A DNA stretch of 55,205 bases from an uncultured Planctomycetales bacterium (lineage in GTDB: Bacteria; Omnitrophota; Gorgyraeia; Aquiviventales; Aquiviventaceae). Shown here in pieces: positions 6,958 through 16,566 of this stretch. Numbering within the stretch: the first letter of the stretch is position 1; each line of letters opens with the position of its first letter. Below the pieces are notes generated by a model, which was not told the DNA's origin, ran no database searches, and was given only the letters and a program-made list of their open reading frames with translations. The stretch covers positions 1 through 55,205 of the forward strand of contig CAYJWN010000003.1 in NCBI GenBank assembly GCA_964373835.1. Reading direction: 5' to 3'. A program made the position numbers and the translations under genes.

Positions 6958-8462
6958 GCGCGTTGCCGCTCTGCTCCCTCACGACGCTCGGCGTCGTAGC
7001 CCTGACGCTCGCCAGTGGGTGCGCCACCAGTCACCGGGTGATGCGCCGCGATACGGCGCACGCGGCGTACGGCGCCTACCTGCGGGGGTTGATGCTGGAG
7101 CGCTCCTCGCAGCTGCCGGATGCGCTGGAGGCCTATCGTCTGGCGCTTGAGTATGATCGCCGATCGCCGCTCCTCCATGTGCGCATGGGGGCCACGTACA
7201 TCAAGCTCGGCGACATGGAGCGGGCGCTGCAGGCCTTCAACAAGGCGCTGGCGATCGATGCTCAGCAGCCGGATGCGCTGCGGTGGGTGGCGATGCTGTA
7301 CGCCTCCCAGGGGCGGTTGGAGCAGGCGGTCGCCTCGTATGAGCGGCTCTTGCAGCGCGATCCAAACGACCAGTTTGTGCTGAGCACCCTGGCGGATCTG
7401 TACGTCTTGCAGGGGGAGCTGGCGCAGGCCATCGCGCTGTATCAGCGCCTCATCACCGAGACCGGCCCATCCAGCCAGCTCCATTTCAACCTGGGCGTGC
7501 TCTACGGGCGGATCGGCCGATTTGACGAGGCGGTGCAGGAGCTGTCGCGCGCCTTTGAGCTGTCTCCGGATTCGTTGGACATTCGCGTGGCGCTCGGCTT
7601 GACGTATGAGCTGAGCGACCAGTTTGACAAAGCCGCGGCGCACTACGAAGAGGCGATCCGGCTTGATCCGTTTAACCCGCGGCTGTACCACCACGCCGCG
7701 CGGGCCTCCCTGAGCGGCAAGCGCTACAGCCAGGCGGTCGCGAACTACCAGGCGGTGCTCGATCTCACGCCGCACGATACCGAGGCGATCATGGGCCTTG
7801 TGCGGGTGTGGGTGGCCCAGAACCGGTACGACGAGGCCACGCAGTTTCTCGCCAAAAAGCTCAAGGAGCTCGGCGACCCGCCGGAATTGTACGTCGCGCT
7901 GGGCATCGTCTATCGGGAAGCGAAACAGGCCCAGGAGGCGATGCGCGCCTTTGAGCGGGCCGTTGCGCTGAAAGACAATTACCCCCAGGCGCATTTCTAC
8001 CTGGCAGCGCAGCTGGATCAGCTCGGTCGCAAAGATGAGGCGAGGATCCGCTTGCGCCGCACCTTGGAGCTGGAAGCGAACCACTCGGATGCCATGAATT
8101 ACCTCGGGTACCTGGATGCGGAAGCGGGCGTCAATTTGGGGGAAGCCAAGGCGCTGATTGAGCGCGCGCTCCAGCTCGATCCGGATAACGGCGCCTATGT
8201 GGACAGCCTCGGCTGGGTCTACTATAGGATGGGCCGGATCGACGAAGCGATTGCGCACTTGGAGCGCGCGGGCCAGCTCCTGGATACGGACCCGGTGATC
8301 TTCGACCATCTCGGCGACGCGTATTTCAAACGGCAGGATCTCGACAGCGCCCGTCGCAACTGGCAGCGCGCCCTTGCGCTCAACCCCGACCAGGCGTCTA
8401 TAAAGAGGAAGCTGGACCAACTGGCGCCGCAACATCACGAGGTCACCGTCACAGCGCCATGA
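6954..8462 (+). CDS. TPR-repeat lipoprotein
   Basis: Lipobox LTLASGC near the N-terminus, then more than 10 TPR-like 34-aa repeats (A..Y..AL..DP.N..A...LG). TTG start overlaps the hisG stop. Confidence 0.7.
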   Translation: MSALPLCSLTTLGVVALTLASGCATSHRVMRRDTAHAAYGAYLRGLMLERSSQLPDALEAYRLALEYDRRSPLLHVRMGATYIKLGDMERALQAFNKALAIDAQQPDALRWVAMLYASQGRLEQAVASYERLLQRDPNDQFVLSTLADLYVLQGELAQAIALYQRLITETGPSSQLHFNLGVLYGRIGRFDEAVQELSRAFELSPDSLDIRVALGLTYELSDQFDKAAAHYEEAIRLDPFNPRLYHHAARASLSGKRYSQAVANYQAVLDLTPHDTEAIMGLVRVWVAQNRYDEATQFLAKKLKELGDPPELYVALGIVYREAKQAQEAMRAFERAVALKDNYPQAHFYLAAQLDQLGRKDEARIRLRRTLELEANHSDAMNYLGYLDAEAGVNLGEAKALIERALQLDPDNGAYVDSLGWVYYRMGRIDEAIAHLERAGQLLDTDPVIFDHLGDAYFKRQDLDSARRNWQRALALNPDQASIKRKLDQLAPQHHEVTVTAP

Positions 8463-8486
8463 AAAACCGGGGTCAGACCCCTTCAG

Positions 8487-9314
8487 ATGATGCCTGATAT
8501 TCAAGCGTTTCGGAAGCTGGCGGCGGAGCTGCGCCAGGCGATTCTACGGATGATCGCCAAGGCCGGCAGCGGCCATCCAGGCGGGTCGCTCTCTATGGTG
8601 GAGCTGCTCATCGGCTTGTATTGGCACACGCTCCGCCACGACCCGAAGCGACCCGACTGGCCGGACCGCGATCTGTTCCTGCTCTCAAAAGGGCACGGCT
8701 GTCCCGCGCTCTACGCCGCGCTGGCCTACCAAGGCTACTTTCCGAAAGAGGAACTGATGACGCTCCGCCGGTATCCGACCCGGCTGCAAGGCCACCCGGA
8801 GCGCTGGTCGGTGCCGGGCGTTGAAATCGCCGCCGGCTCGCTCGGCCAGGGCTTGTCGATGGCCAATGGGATCGCGCTCGCCGACCGTCTCGATGGGCGC
8901 CGGCGCCGGATCTTCTGCCTCCTGGGCGACGGGGAAATCCAGGAAGGCCAGGTGTGGGAGGCGGCGATGACCGCCCACCACCACCAGCTCGATGCGGTGT
9001 GCGCGATCATCGACGCGAATCAGCTCCAGCAGAACGGGCCGGTCAAAGAGATTCAGGACATCGAACCGCTGCCGGAGAAATGGCGGGCGTTCGGCTGGCA
9101 TGCGATTGAGATCGACGGGCATGACATTGCGCAGGTGGTGAAGGCCTACGATGAGGCGGAGACGATCAAAGGCAAGCCGCAAGTCATCGTCGCGCGCACG
9201 GTGAAGGGGAAGGGCGTTTCATTTATGGAGCTCAACCCCGCCTGGCACGGTGTGGCCCCCAAGCCCGATGAGCTAGAGAAGGCGCTGAAGGAACTCGACG
9301 CGAGTCTCACATGA
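8487..9314 (+). CDS. Transketolase, N-terminal subunit (split form)
   Basis: GSGHPGGSLSMVELL, LSKGHGCPALYA, TPP-binding LLGDGEIQEGQVWEA. Confidence 0.9.
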   Translation: MMPDIQAFRKLAAELRQAILRMIAKAGSGHPGGSLSMVELLIGLYWHTLRHDPKRPDWPDRDLFLLSKGHGCPALYAALAYQGYFPKEELMTLRRYPTRLQGHPERWSVPGVEIAAGSLGQGLSMANGIALADRLDGRRRRIFCLLGDGEIQEGQVWEAAMTAHHHQLDAVCAIIDANQLQQNGPVKEIQDIEPLPEKWRAFGWHAIEIDGHDIAQVVKAYDEAETIKGKPQVIVARTVKGKGVSFMELNPAWHGVAPKPDELEKALKELDASLT

Positions 9315-9328
9315 AGCAGCACAACACC

Positions 9329-9464
9329 GCAAATTCCAAGCTCCAAATCCCAAGCACCAAACAAGCACCAAATCCCAAGCACCAAGCACCAAACCGTTTG
9401 GAACTTGGAGCTTGGAACTTGGAATTTGTTTGGAATTTGGGATTTGGAATTTGGTGCTTGGAAC
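9329..9464. repeat. Heptamer hairpin, CCAAAT/GCACCAA family (sister of 521-652)
   Basis: Left arm ...ccaagctccaaatcccaagcaccaaacaagcaccaa... and right arm cttggag cttggaa cttggaa ... ggaattt gggattt ggaattt ggtgctt. Separates the two transketolase subunit genes. Confidence 0.85.
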
Positions 9465-9476
9465 GAGGTGTCTGTC

Positions 9477-10427
9477 ATGGCCGACCTTAAACCTACACGC
9501 GACGGGTTCGGCGAAGGGCTGCTCGAGCTGGGCAAGACCCACTCCCACGTCGTCGCGCTCTCCGGCGATTTGGAGGATTCGGCGCGGGCGATCTGGTTCA
9601 AGAAGGAGTACCCGAACCGGTTTTTCTCCGTCGGCATCGCCGAGCAGGACATGATCGGCACCGCGGCGGGCCTCGCCATCGCCGGGAAGATCCCGTTCGC
9701 CTGCTCCTTCTCGCAGTTCGTGACCGGCAAGGGGCTTGAGCAGATGCGCCTGGCGGTCTGCTACCAGAAGCTGAACGTCAAGATCGTGGGGTCGCACGGC
9801 GGCCTCTCGGTGGGGGCGGACGGCGCGACGGCAGAAGCGCTCGAAGAGCTGACGGTGATGCGCTCGCTCCCGAACATGGCGGTCGTGGTGCCGTGTGACG
9901 CCCTTGAGGCGAAGAAGGCGACGATCGCCGGCGCCGATTACCCCGGACCGGTTTATCTGCGCCTGGGGCGCGTCCCGACGCCGATCATCACCAAGCCCTC
10001 GGATCCGTTTCAGATCGGCCGGGCCAATGTCCTGCGTGAGGGCGATGATCTCACCATCGTGGCGTGCGGGGTTATGGTGAGCCATGCCCTGCAGGCCGCC
10101 GACCAGCTGGCGCAAGAAGACATTCAGGCTCGTGTGATCAATCTCCACACGATCAAGCCGATTGATCAGCCCACGCTCATGACGGCGGCCAAAGAGACCG
10201 GGGCGATCGTGACCGCGGAAGAGCACACCGTGATAGGAGGACTGGGTGGCGCGGTCGCCGAGGTGCTGGTGCAGACGCACCCGGTGCCGATGCGGTTCGT
10301 CGGCATGCAGGATCGCTTCGGCACCTCCGGCGATCCGGCGGATCTCTTGAAGGCGTTCCACCTCATGCCTGATGATATTGTCAAAGCCGCGAAAGACGCC
10401 CTCCGCCTCAAACAAGCCGCCTTCTAA
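9477..10427 (+). CDS. Transketolase, C-terminal subunit (split form)
   Basis: MADLKPTRDGFGEGLLELGK, GIAEQDMIGTAAGLA, pyrimidine-binding and C-terminal domains. ATG 9477 lies after the translated repeat. Confidence 0.9.
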   Translation: MADLKPTRDGFGEGLLELGKTHSHVVALSGDLEDSARAIWFKKEYPNRFFSVGIAEQDMIGTAAGLAIAGKIPFACSFSQFVTGKGLEQMRLAVCYQKLNVKIVGSHGGLSVGADGATAEALEELTVMRSLPNMAVVVPCDALEAKKATIAGADYPGPVYLRLGRVPTPIITKPSDPFQIGRANVLREGDDLTIVACGVMVSHALQAADQLAQEDIQARVINLHTIKPIDQPTLMTAAKETGAIVTAEEHTVIGGLGGAVAEVLVQTHPVPMRFVGMQDRFGTSGDPADLLKAFHLMPDDIVKAAKDALRLKQAAF

Positions 10428-10441
10428 AACAGGTATCGCGA

Positions 10442-11302
10442 ATGATCCGTCTGCGCGCTCCCGCCAAGCTCAACCTCTACCTGCGTGTCGTGGGCCGGCG
10501 GCCGGACGGTTACCACGAGATTGAGACGCTCTTTGAGCGGGTTGATCTGGCCGATGAGTTGGCGTTTGAACCCCACCCGACGGACGTCCGCCTCACCTGT
10601 ACCGATCCTGACCTGCCGTGTGGAGAGGAGAACTTGGTGGTGAACGCCGCGCGCCTCCTCCAGCAGACAAGTGGCACAAGGCGCGGAGCCGAGATTCACT
10701 TGACCAAGCGCATCCCCATCGCGGCCGGATTGGGGGGCGGCTCTTCGGATGCGTCGGCGACGCTTGTCGGCCTCAATGAGCTGTGGGGTCTCGGCCTCGG
10801 GCGCCCCAAGCTGCTGGAACTTGCGGCCACCTTGGGCTCGGATGTCTCGTTCTTCCTTTATGATGCGCCGTTTGCAGTGGGCCGGGGACGGGGGGAGATG
10901 TGCGAACCGCTGGCCGAGGCCATCACACTGTTCCACGTCCTGGTAGTGCCTGAGGCTCGTTTGTCGACGAAAGACATGTACACCGGGACTCAATTCGACT
11001 TGACAGCCCCGAAGCCCTCCATTAGGATGGTGGAGCACGCCTTACGCAACGGCTCGCTCGGCGAGCTCGCTAAGGGGTTGTGGAACGACCTCGAACCTGA
11101 AGCGATCCGGCGTTGTCCTGCGATCTCACTGATCCAGTTACAGCTGCAACAGCGTGGGTGTCTTGCAGCCCGTGTCTCCGGCAGCGGTCCCTCCGTGTTT
11201 GGCCTGTGCCGCGACGCCGCCCACGCCGAGGAAGTTGCCGCGCGGCTGCGCCGGGATGCCACGCAGCCATGGCGTGTCGAGGTGCTCAAGACCCGTTGTT
11301 AG
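10442..11302 (+). CDS. ispE: 4-diphosphocytidyl-2-C-methyl-D-erythritol kinase
   Basis: APAKLNLYLRVVGRRPDGYHEIETLF and GHMP kinase motif PIAAGLGGGSSDASATL. Confidence 0.9.
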   Translation: MIRLRAPAKLNLYLRVVGRRPDGYHEIETLFERVDLADELAFEPHPTDVRLTCTDPDLPCGEENLVVNAARLLQQTSGTRRGAEIHLTKRIPIAAGLGGGSSDASATLVGLNELWGLGLGRPKLLELAATLGSDVSFFLYDAPFAVGRGRGEMCEPLAEAITLFHVLVVPEARLSTKDMYTGTQFDLTAPKPSIRMVEHALRNGSLGELAKGLWNDLEPEAIRRCPAISLIQLQLQQRGCLAARVSGSGPSVFGLCRDAAHAEEVAARLRRDATQPWRVEVLKTRC

Positions 11303-11320
11303 TTCTACCGCATCCTGGAT

Positions 11321-11391
11321 TGGGGAGTAGTGTAACGGCAGCACAAGAGCCTTTGGAGCTCTCCGTCCAGGTTCGAGTCCTGGCTCCCCAG
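11321..11391 (+). tRNA. tRNA-Gln (anticodon TTG)
   Basis: Manual cloverleaf: acceptor TGGGGAG/CTCCCCA, anticodon stem AGAGC/GCTCT with loop CT-TTG-GA, T arm CCAGG-TTCGAGT-CCTGG, discriminator G, no encoded CCA. Confidence 0.85.
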
Positions 11392-11495
11392 CGCTTCTCA
11401 TGGAGACAGGATGTGAATCCCTCGATGACATGATGACCGATGACTGTCACATTCACGACATCATGTATGCAGCATAACCAGACGGGGCACAGACG

Positions 11496-12863
11496 ATGAG
11501 AACACTGCACGCGATTATCCTGGCGGCCGGGGAAGGCACGCGGATGAAGTCGGAGACCCCGAAAGTCCTCCACCCCATCTGCGGCCGTCCGATGATCGCG
11601 TATGCGCTCAGCCTCGTCGCCTCCGTCGGCGTCAAGCAGCCGGTCGTCGTGCTGGGCCACGGCGCCGAGTTGATCAAGCCGCATCTGCCGAAAGAGGCGA
11701 AGGCCGTCATCCAGACCACACGCGTCGGGACGGGCGATGCGGTGTTGGCCGCCAAGCGTTCGCTCGGAGCGCTCATCGGCGAGATCCTCATCCTGTATGG
11801 CGACACGCCGCTCTTGCGGCGCACGACGGTCCAAAAGCTCGTGGAGACGCACTTCAAGACCAGCGCCACCTGCACCCTCTTGACGGCGCATCTCGCCGAC
11901 CCCAGCGGCTACGGACGGATCGCCCGCAATGAGACCGGCCAGATCGTCGGGATCGTTGAAGAGGCGGAAGCCAACGCCGCCCAGCGCGCGGTGCGCGAGA
12001 TCAACGTCGGGCCGCTCGTGTGTCACACCCAGGCGCTCATGGAAGCCCTGGCGACCGTCACGCCGAGCGCATCGAAGAAAGAACTGTACCTGACCCAGGT
12101 CATCGCGCACCTGGCACGCCAGGAGGGTGCTAAGATCCAGGCCACGCGGGTCGAAGAGGTCTCTGAGGCGCTGGGGATCAATTCCCGCGGCGAACTGGCG
12201 CGGGCGATCGGCGTGATCCGGCGACGGATCGTCGACGCGCACCTGCACGGCGGGGTCACGATCGAAGATCCCGACACCACCTTCATCGACTACGGCGTGA
12301 GCATCGGGACGGACACCACCATTCATCCCTACACCGTGATCGAGACCGGCGTGTCGATCGGCAAGCGCTGTTCCATCGGTCCCTTCGCCCGGTTGCGCAC
12401 GGGCGTGACGATTGCCGATGAGGTGCGGGTCGGCAACTTCACCGAACTGGTGCGGACCAAAGTCGGGCCGCGGGTGCGGATCAACCATGTGAGCTATCTC
12501 GGTGACGCGACGATTGAGGAGGGAGCGAACATCGGGGCCGGCACGATCACCGCCAACTACGACGGCAAAAATAAGCACCCGACGCACATCGGCAAGGGAG
12601 CGTTCATCGGCTCTGACACGGTGCTCATCGCTCCCGTGAAGGTGGGCGCCGGGGCGGTGACAGGCGCCGGCAGCGTCGTGACGAAAGCGCACGATGTGCC
12701 GCCGAAGGGGCTCGTCATGGGCGTGCCGGCGAGGCCGGTGGGGCCCGACACACGGCCGAGTCGAGGGACTCGCTCGGGACGATCCCGAGCGAGGCCGAAG
12801 GCCGAATCGAGGCGGCGGGGGGCGCGAACCGTGCGGGCGAAGTCGAAAGCCAGACGGCGATAG
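11496..12863 (+). CDS. glmU: Bifunctional GlcNAc-1-P uridyltransferase / GlcN-1-P acetyltransferase
   Basis: LAAGEGTRMKS, PKVLHP, C-terminal hexapeptide beta-helix. Ends in a ~45-aa Arg/Ser-rich tail encoded by a GC-rich palindromic repeat (12755-12860). Confidence 0.9.
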   Translation: MRTLHAIILAAGEGTRMKSETPKVLHPICGRPMIAYALSLVASVGVKQPVVVLGHGAELIKPHLPKEAKAVIQTTRVGTGDAVLAAKRSLGALIGEILILYGDTPLLRRTTVQKLVETHFKTSATCTLLTAHLADPSGYGRIARNETGQIVGIVEEAEANAAQRAVREINVGPLVCHTQALMEALATVTPSASKKELYLTQVIAHLARQEGAKIQATRVEEVSEALGINSRGELARAIGVIRRRIVDAHLHGGVTIEDPDTTFIDYGVSIGTDTTIHPYTVIETGVSIGKRCSIGPFARLRTGVTIADEVRVGNFTELVRTKVGPRVRINHVSYLGDATIEEGANIGAGTITANYDGKNKHPTHIGKGAFIGSDTVLIAPVKVGAGAVTGAGSVVTKAHDVPPKGLVMGVPARPVGPDTRPSRGTRSGRSRARPKAESRRRGARTVRAKSKARRR

Positions 12864-13838
12864 GTGATGCCCAGAGCTTCCCAGTCGCTCGCGAAAGAAC
12901 TTGCGGTGGTCGCCGGCAATGCGAACCCCGCGCTCGCCAAGGCGATCTGCCGGCGGCTCCGCCTCCCATTGACGGATTCGTTGGTCGGTCGCTTCAGCGA
13001 AGGGGAGATCCGCGTCAAGATTAACGAGAACGTGCGCGGCAAGGACGTGTTCGTGGTGCAGCCGACGTGCCCGCCGACGAACGACAACCTCATGGAGCTG
13101 TTGATCATGCTCGATGCGCTGCGTCGAGCCTCAGCCCGACGGGTCACCGCGGTGATCCCGTATTACGGCTACGCGCGGCAGGACCGGAAGGATCAGCCCC
13201 GCGTGCCGATTACCGCCAAGCTCGTCGCGAATCTCATCACGACGGCGGGCGCCGATCGTGTCCTGACGATGGACCTGCACGCCGGACAGATCCAAGGGTT
13301 CTTCGACATCCCCCTCGACCATCTCTATGCCATCACGGTGTTTGAGCAGTACATCCGGCGCAAGCGGTTGAAGTCGCTGGTCGTGGTGTCGCCTGATGTC
13401 GGCGGCATCAAGCTGGCTCGGGCCTATGCGAAACGGTTTGGGGCAGGGCTGGCCATTGTGGACAAGCGGCGCACCAGCCCTGAGGCGACCGAAGTCATGC
13501 ACATCCTGGGGGAGGTGAAGGGCCAGACATGCTTCCTCGTGGATGACCTGATCGCCACGGGCAGCTCGCTGGTGGAGGCGGCCGAGGCCATCCAGCAAGC
13601 TGGTGCCACCGCCATCTACGCCTGCGTGACCCATCCGATTCTGTCGGGGCCGGCGAAAAGCCGGATCGCCTCCTCCCCCCTGAAAGAGCTGATCGTCACC
13701 GACACCATCCCCTTGGAGGCGCAGAAGCGCCACCCGAAGATGACCGTGTTGTCGGTGGCCACGCTGTTGAGCGAAGCGATCGAGCGGATTCACTACGAGC
13801 AGTCCATCAGTTCGCTGTTTGATGGCATGCCCGGCTAG
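12864..13838 (+). CDS. prs: Ribose-phosphate pyrophosphokinase
   Basis: DLHAGQIQGFFDIPLDHL and PRPP-binding loop FLVDDLIATGSSL. GTG 12864 or ATG 12867. Confidence 0.95.
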   Translation: MMPRASQSLAKELAVVAGNANPALAKAICRRLRLPLTDSLVGRFSEGEIRVKINENVRGKDVFVVQPTCPPTNDNLMELLIMLDALRRASARRVTAVIPYYGYARQDRKDQPRVPITAKLVANLITTAGADRVLTMDLHAGQIQGFFDIPLDHLYAITVFEQYIRRKRLKSLVVVSPDVGGIKLARAYAKRFGAGLAIVDKRRTSPEATEVMHILGEVKGQTCFLVDDLIATGSSLVEAAEAIQQAGATAIYACVTHPILSGPAKSRIASSPLKELIVTDTIPLEAQKRHPKMTVLSVATLLSEAIERIHYEQSISSLFDGMPG

Positions 13839-13854
13839 CGAAAGGACCAAGTGC

Positions 13855-14637
13855 ATGGCGAAGACGGGCGTCCAGCAAGAGCTGATTGTCACGCGGCGCA
13901 GCACGGCGGGGACCCGGCCCGTGCGACGGCTGCGTGGAGCCGGTGCGGTGCCGGGTGTCGTGTACGGTCGAGGCATGGAGCCGGTGCCGGTTACCGTCGA
14001 CCATAAAGCGCTGGTGAAAGTGCTGCGCTCCACAGCGGGCGAGCATGCGCTGGTGAAGCTGCGGCTTGAGGACGGCGCCTCGTGGGAGAAGCCGGCATTG
14101 GTGAAGGCGGTGCAACACCATCCGGTGCACGGGCATGTTCTGCACGTGGATTTTCATGCGATTGCGCTCACCGAACGGTTGAAGGTCAAGGTGCCGCTGA
14201 TCCTGAAAGGGGAGCCGGTCGGCGTCAAGCAGGATGGCGGTATCCTGGAGCATTTCCTCCGCGAGGTCGAGGTGGAATGTCTGCCGACCGAGATGCCCGC
14301 CAGCGTGGAGTTCGATGTCAGCGCGATGACAATCGGCGAGACCATTCATGTGCGGGACCTCACGCCCCCCAGCAACACCCGCATCACCAGCGATCCCGAC
14401 GGCGCGATCGCCTCCATCCAGATGCCGAAAGCGGAGAAGCCGGAAGAGGAGGCGGCCGCCGTGACAGAACCCGAAGTGCTCCGCGAGAAGAAGGAAGAAG
14501 GCGAAGCGCCAGCGGCTGCCCGCCCAGGCACTGGCGAGGGTCGGGCCGGGGAAGGCGAGAAGGGCCAGAAGGGCGAAGCGCCCGCCCGCCACGCCTCTAG
14601 CGAAAGTCGGGTCGGGGAGCCGAAGAAAGAAGCGTGA
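13855..14637 (+). CDS. rplY: 50S ribosomal protein L25 / general stress protein Ctc
   Basis: RGAGAVPGVVYGRG, HPVHGHVLHVDF. Acidic/Gly-rich C-terminal tail. ATG 13855 chosen. Confidence 0.85.
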   Translation: MAKTGVQQELIVTRRSTAGTRPVRRLRGAGAVPGVVYGRGMEPVPVTVDHKALVKVLRSTAGEHALVKLRLEDGASWEKPALVKAVQHHPVHGHVLHVDFHAIALTERLKVKVPLILKGEPVGVKQDGGILEHFLREVEVECLPTEMPASVEFDVSAMTIGETIHVRDLTPPSNTRITSDPDGAIASIQMPKAEKPEEEAAAVTEPEVLREKKEEGEAPAAARPGTGEGRAGEGEKGQKGEAPARHASSESRVGEPKKEA

Positions 14638-15215
14638 ACGTCCTTGTCGGGTTGGGCAATCCGGGCCGTACCTATCACGAGACCCGGCACAACGCAGGAT
14701 TTATGGTCATCCAGCTCCTGGCCGAGCGGCACCGTGTGTCGTTGACCAATCGCCTGGTCAACCCGGTGGATGAGCGGCCGGCAGGCGTGTACGGCGACTA
14801 TCAAGATGGGTCGAAGACCGTTCGCCTGTTGATGCCGTTGACCATGATGAATGAGTCCGGGGAGGCGTTGCACGCCTTGGGGGCGTCCATCAAGGACCTC
14901 CTCGTCGTCTGTGACGATGTGAATCTCCCCCCGGGCGTCATCCGCCTGCGACCCCAGGGCAGCGCGGGCGGCCATCACGGGTTGCAATCATGTCTTGAGG
15001 CGTTGGGGACGGACGAGGTCGCGCGCCTGCGCATCGGGGTGGGCATCGATCCGCTGCCGCGCGACCTGCATGATTTTGTCCTCTCGCCGTTTACCAGCGC
15101 GGAACGTCCGCGCATGAAACGCACCCTTGAACAGGCGGCGGACGCCTGTGAGGCGTGGGTGAAGGAAGGGATTGGGGTGGCCATGAACCGATACAACACA
15201 GCGCAGGACGAATGA
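14634..15215 (+). CDS. pth: Peptidyl-tRNA hydrolase
   Basis: VGLGNPGRTYHETRHNAGFMV. GTG start overlaps the rplY stop. Confidence 0.9.
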   Translation: MNVLVGLGNPGRTYHETRHNAGFMVIQLLAERHRVSLTNRLVNPVDERPAGVYGDYQDGSKTVRLLMPLTMMNESGEALHALGASIKDLLVVCDDVNLPPGVIRLRPQGSAGGHHGLQSCLEALGTDEVARLRIGVGIDPLPRDLHDFVLSPFTSAERPRMKRTLEQAADACEAWVKEGIGVAMNRYNTAQDE

Positions 15216-15544
15216 TGACACGAGAGTACGAAGCCCTCATGATTTTGCGGGCCGGCGGCACGGAGCAGGACGTGGCGCAGCACGCGGCGCGGCTGGAGGA
15301 GCCGATCAAGAAGCTCGGCGGCCGCATTGAGAACGTCCAGCCGATGGGCCGTCGCCGGCTGGCCTTCAAGATCGGCCGGCAGTCCGAGGGCTACTACTAT
15401 CTGGTGCGCTTTCACGCTCCGACGGAGCAGATCGGGGAATTGGACCGGCTCTTCCGCCTCAACGAGATGATTGTGCGGTTTATCATTTTGACTGAAGAGG
15501 AGCTGGCGCCACTGCCGACGGCGCCGGCAGCCGCGCGGTCCTGA
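15212..15544 (+). CDS. rpsF: 30S ribosomal protein S6
   Basis: MMTREYEALMILR..., GYYYLVRF. ATG overlaps the pth stop. Confidence 0.9.
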   Translation: MMTREYEALMILRAGGTEQDVAQHAARLEEPIKKLGGRIENVQPMGRRRLAFKIGRQSEGYYYLVRFHAPTEQIGELDRLFRLNEMIVRFIILTEEELAPLPTAPAAARS

Positions 15545-15549
15545 CAGCC

Positions 15550-16032
15550 ATGGCGAGCCTCAACCGCGTGCTCCTCATCGGGAACCTCACGAAAGACCCG
15601 GAACTGCGCTATACACCCAGCGGCACGCCGGTCGCCAACCTGCGCCTGGCGGTCAACTCGTCCTTCAAAGACCAGTCCGGCCAGCGCAAAGAAGACACCT
15701 GCTTTGTCACCATTGTCGTGTGGAGCCGGCAGGCCGAGTTGTGCCACCAGTACCTCAAGAAGGGCCGCTCGGTGTTTATTGAAGGCCGTCTGATCTACCG
15801 CAGTTGGGAGGCCGAAGGCAAAACCCGTTCGACCATGGAGGTGCGGGCGGATCGGGTGCAGTTCCTCGGCCCGCCCAGCGGGGCCTCACGCGAGGGCGCG
15901 GCCGGCGGGGCGCCCGAGGCAGAGTCCCGGGAAGTGTTCGGGCAGGGTGAGGCCGCCGCGGAGCCGCGTGCGGAGGAGTCCGTGTCCGAGCCGGTGCCGG
16001 AGAGCGGCCAAGACGCCGACGTCCCCTTCTAA
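15550..16032 (+). CDS. ssb: Single-stranded DNA-binding protein
   Basis: OB fold MASLNRVLLIGNLTKDPELRYTPSGTPVANLRLAV, Gly/Ala/Glu-rich linker, acidic tip DADVPF. Confidence 0.9.
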   Translation: MASLNRVLLIGNLTKDPELRYTPSGTPVANLRLAVNSSFKDQSGQRKEDTCFVTIVVWSRQAELCHQYLKKGRSVFIEGRLIYRSWEAEGKTRSTMEVRADRVQFLGPPSGASREGAAGGAPEAESREVFGQGEAAAEPRAEESVSEPVPESGQDADVPF

Positions 16033-16036
16033 AAAT

Positions 16037-16275
16037 GATTACGCAGATTCGCAGAGAAAAAACGCAGATTCACTGCAGATAAAACCGGTTTTATCTGTGT
16101 AATCAGCTCGTCGAGAATCGGCTAACTCGCAATCTGTGTAGAACCCGTTTCATAAATGCCGGTAAGCAGTGATTACGGTGATTTTGAACTGAGATGACGG
16201 TGATACTGCGTCGGGAACGCCCTATCACTGTAATCATGTTCTGAATCACTGTAATCCATGCAGGGTTTATGAAAC
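16037..16275. repeat. AT-rich (~42% GC) block of nested hairpins (GATTACGCAGAT / GATTACGGTGAT units) inside the rpsF-ssb-rpsR operon
   Basis: gattacgcagat (16037) pairs with atctgtgtaatc (16093). Perfect 22-nt palindrome cagataaaaccggttttatctg at 16076-16097. Outer stem cccgtttcataaa (16144) / gggtttatgaaac (16263) encloses cagtgattacggtgat / atcactgtaatc. Confidence 0.7.
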
Positions 16276-16314
16276 CAGTTCTAATCAAACTCATGTTGTG
16301 ACGGAGGAATTCAG

Positions 16315-16542
16315 ATGCCGCCGATACGACGGGTGTTCGTCAAAAAACCCTGCCGGTTCTGCTCCGAAAAGGTGGAGCATATTGATTACAAGGATCTGGA
16401 TCGCATCGGGCGCTATGTCACGGACCGCGGAAAGATCCTGCCGTCGCGACTCACGGGCACCTGCGCCAGGCACCAGCGGGCGCTGACCCGCGCGATCAAG
16501 CGCGCGCGGTTCATGGCGCTCCTTCCCTATGTCTCGGCTTAG
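16315..16542 (+). CDS. rpsR: 30S ribosomal protein S18
   Basis: [43 protein letters not shown]. Confidence 0.9.
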   Translation: MPPIRRVFVKKPCRFCSEKVEHIDYKDLDRIGRYVTDRGKILPSRLTGTCARHQRALTRAIKRARFMALLPYVSA

Positions 16543-16566
16543 CGAGAAAGCGCCTGGAGCCGTGCG

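Noticed and set aside
6951-8504. 517-aa ORF on the - strand
   Set aside because: It is antisense to the TPR lipoprotein gene. The composition is Arg/Leu/Gln-rich, typical of high-GC shadow frames, and no motif was recognised.
11286-12692. 468-aa ORF on the - strand
   Set aside because: It is antisense to glmU and runs through the tRNA-Gln gene. It is a shadow ORF of a high-GC region.
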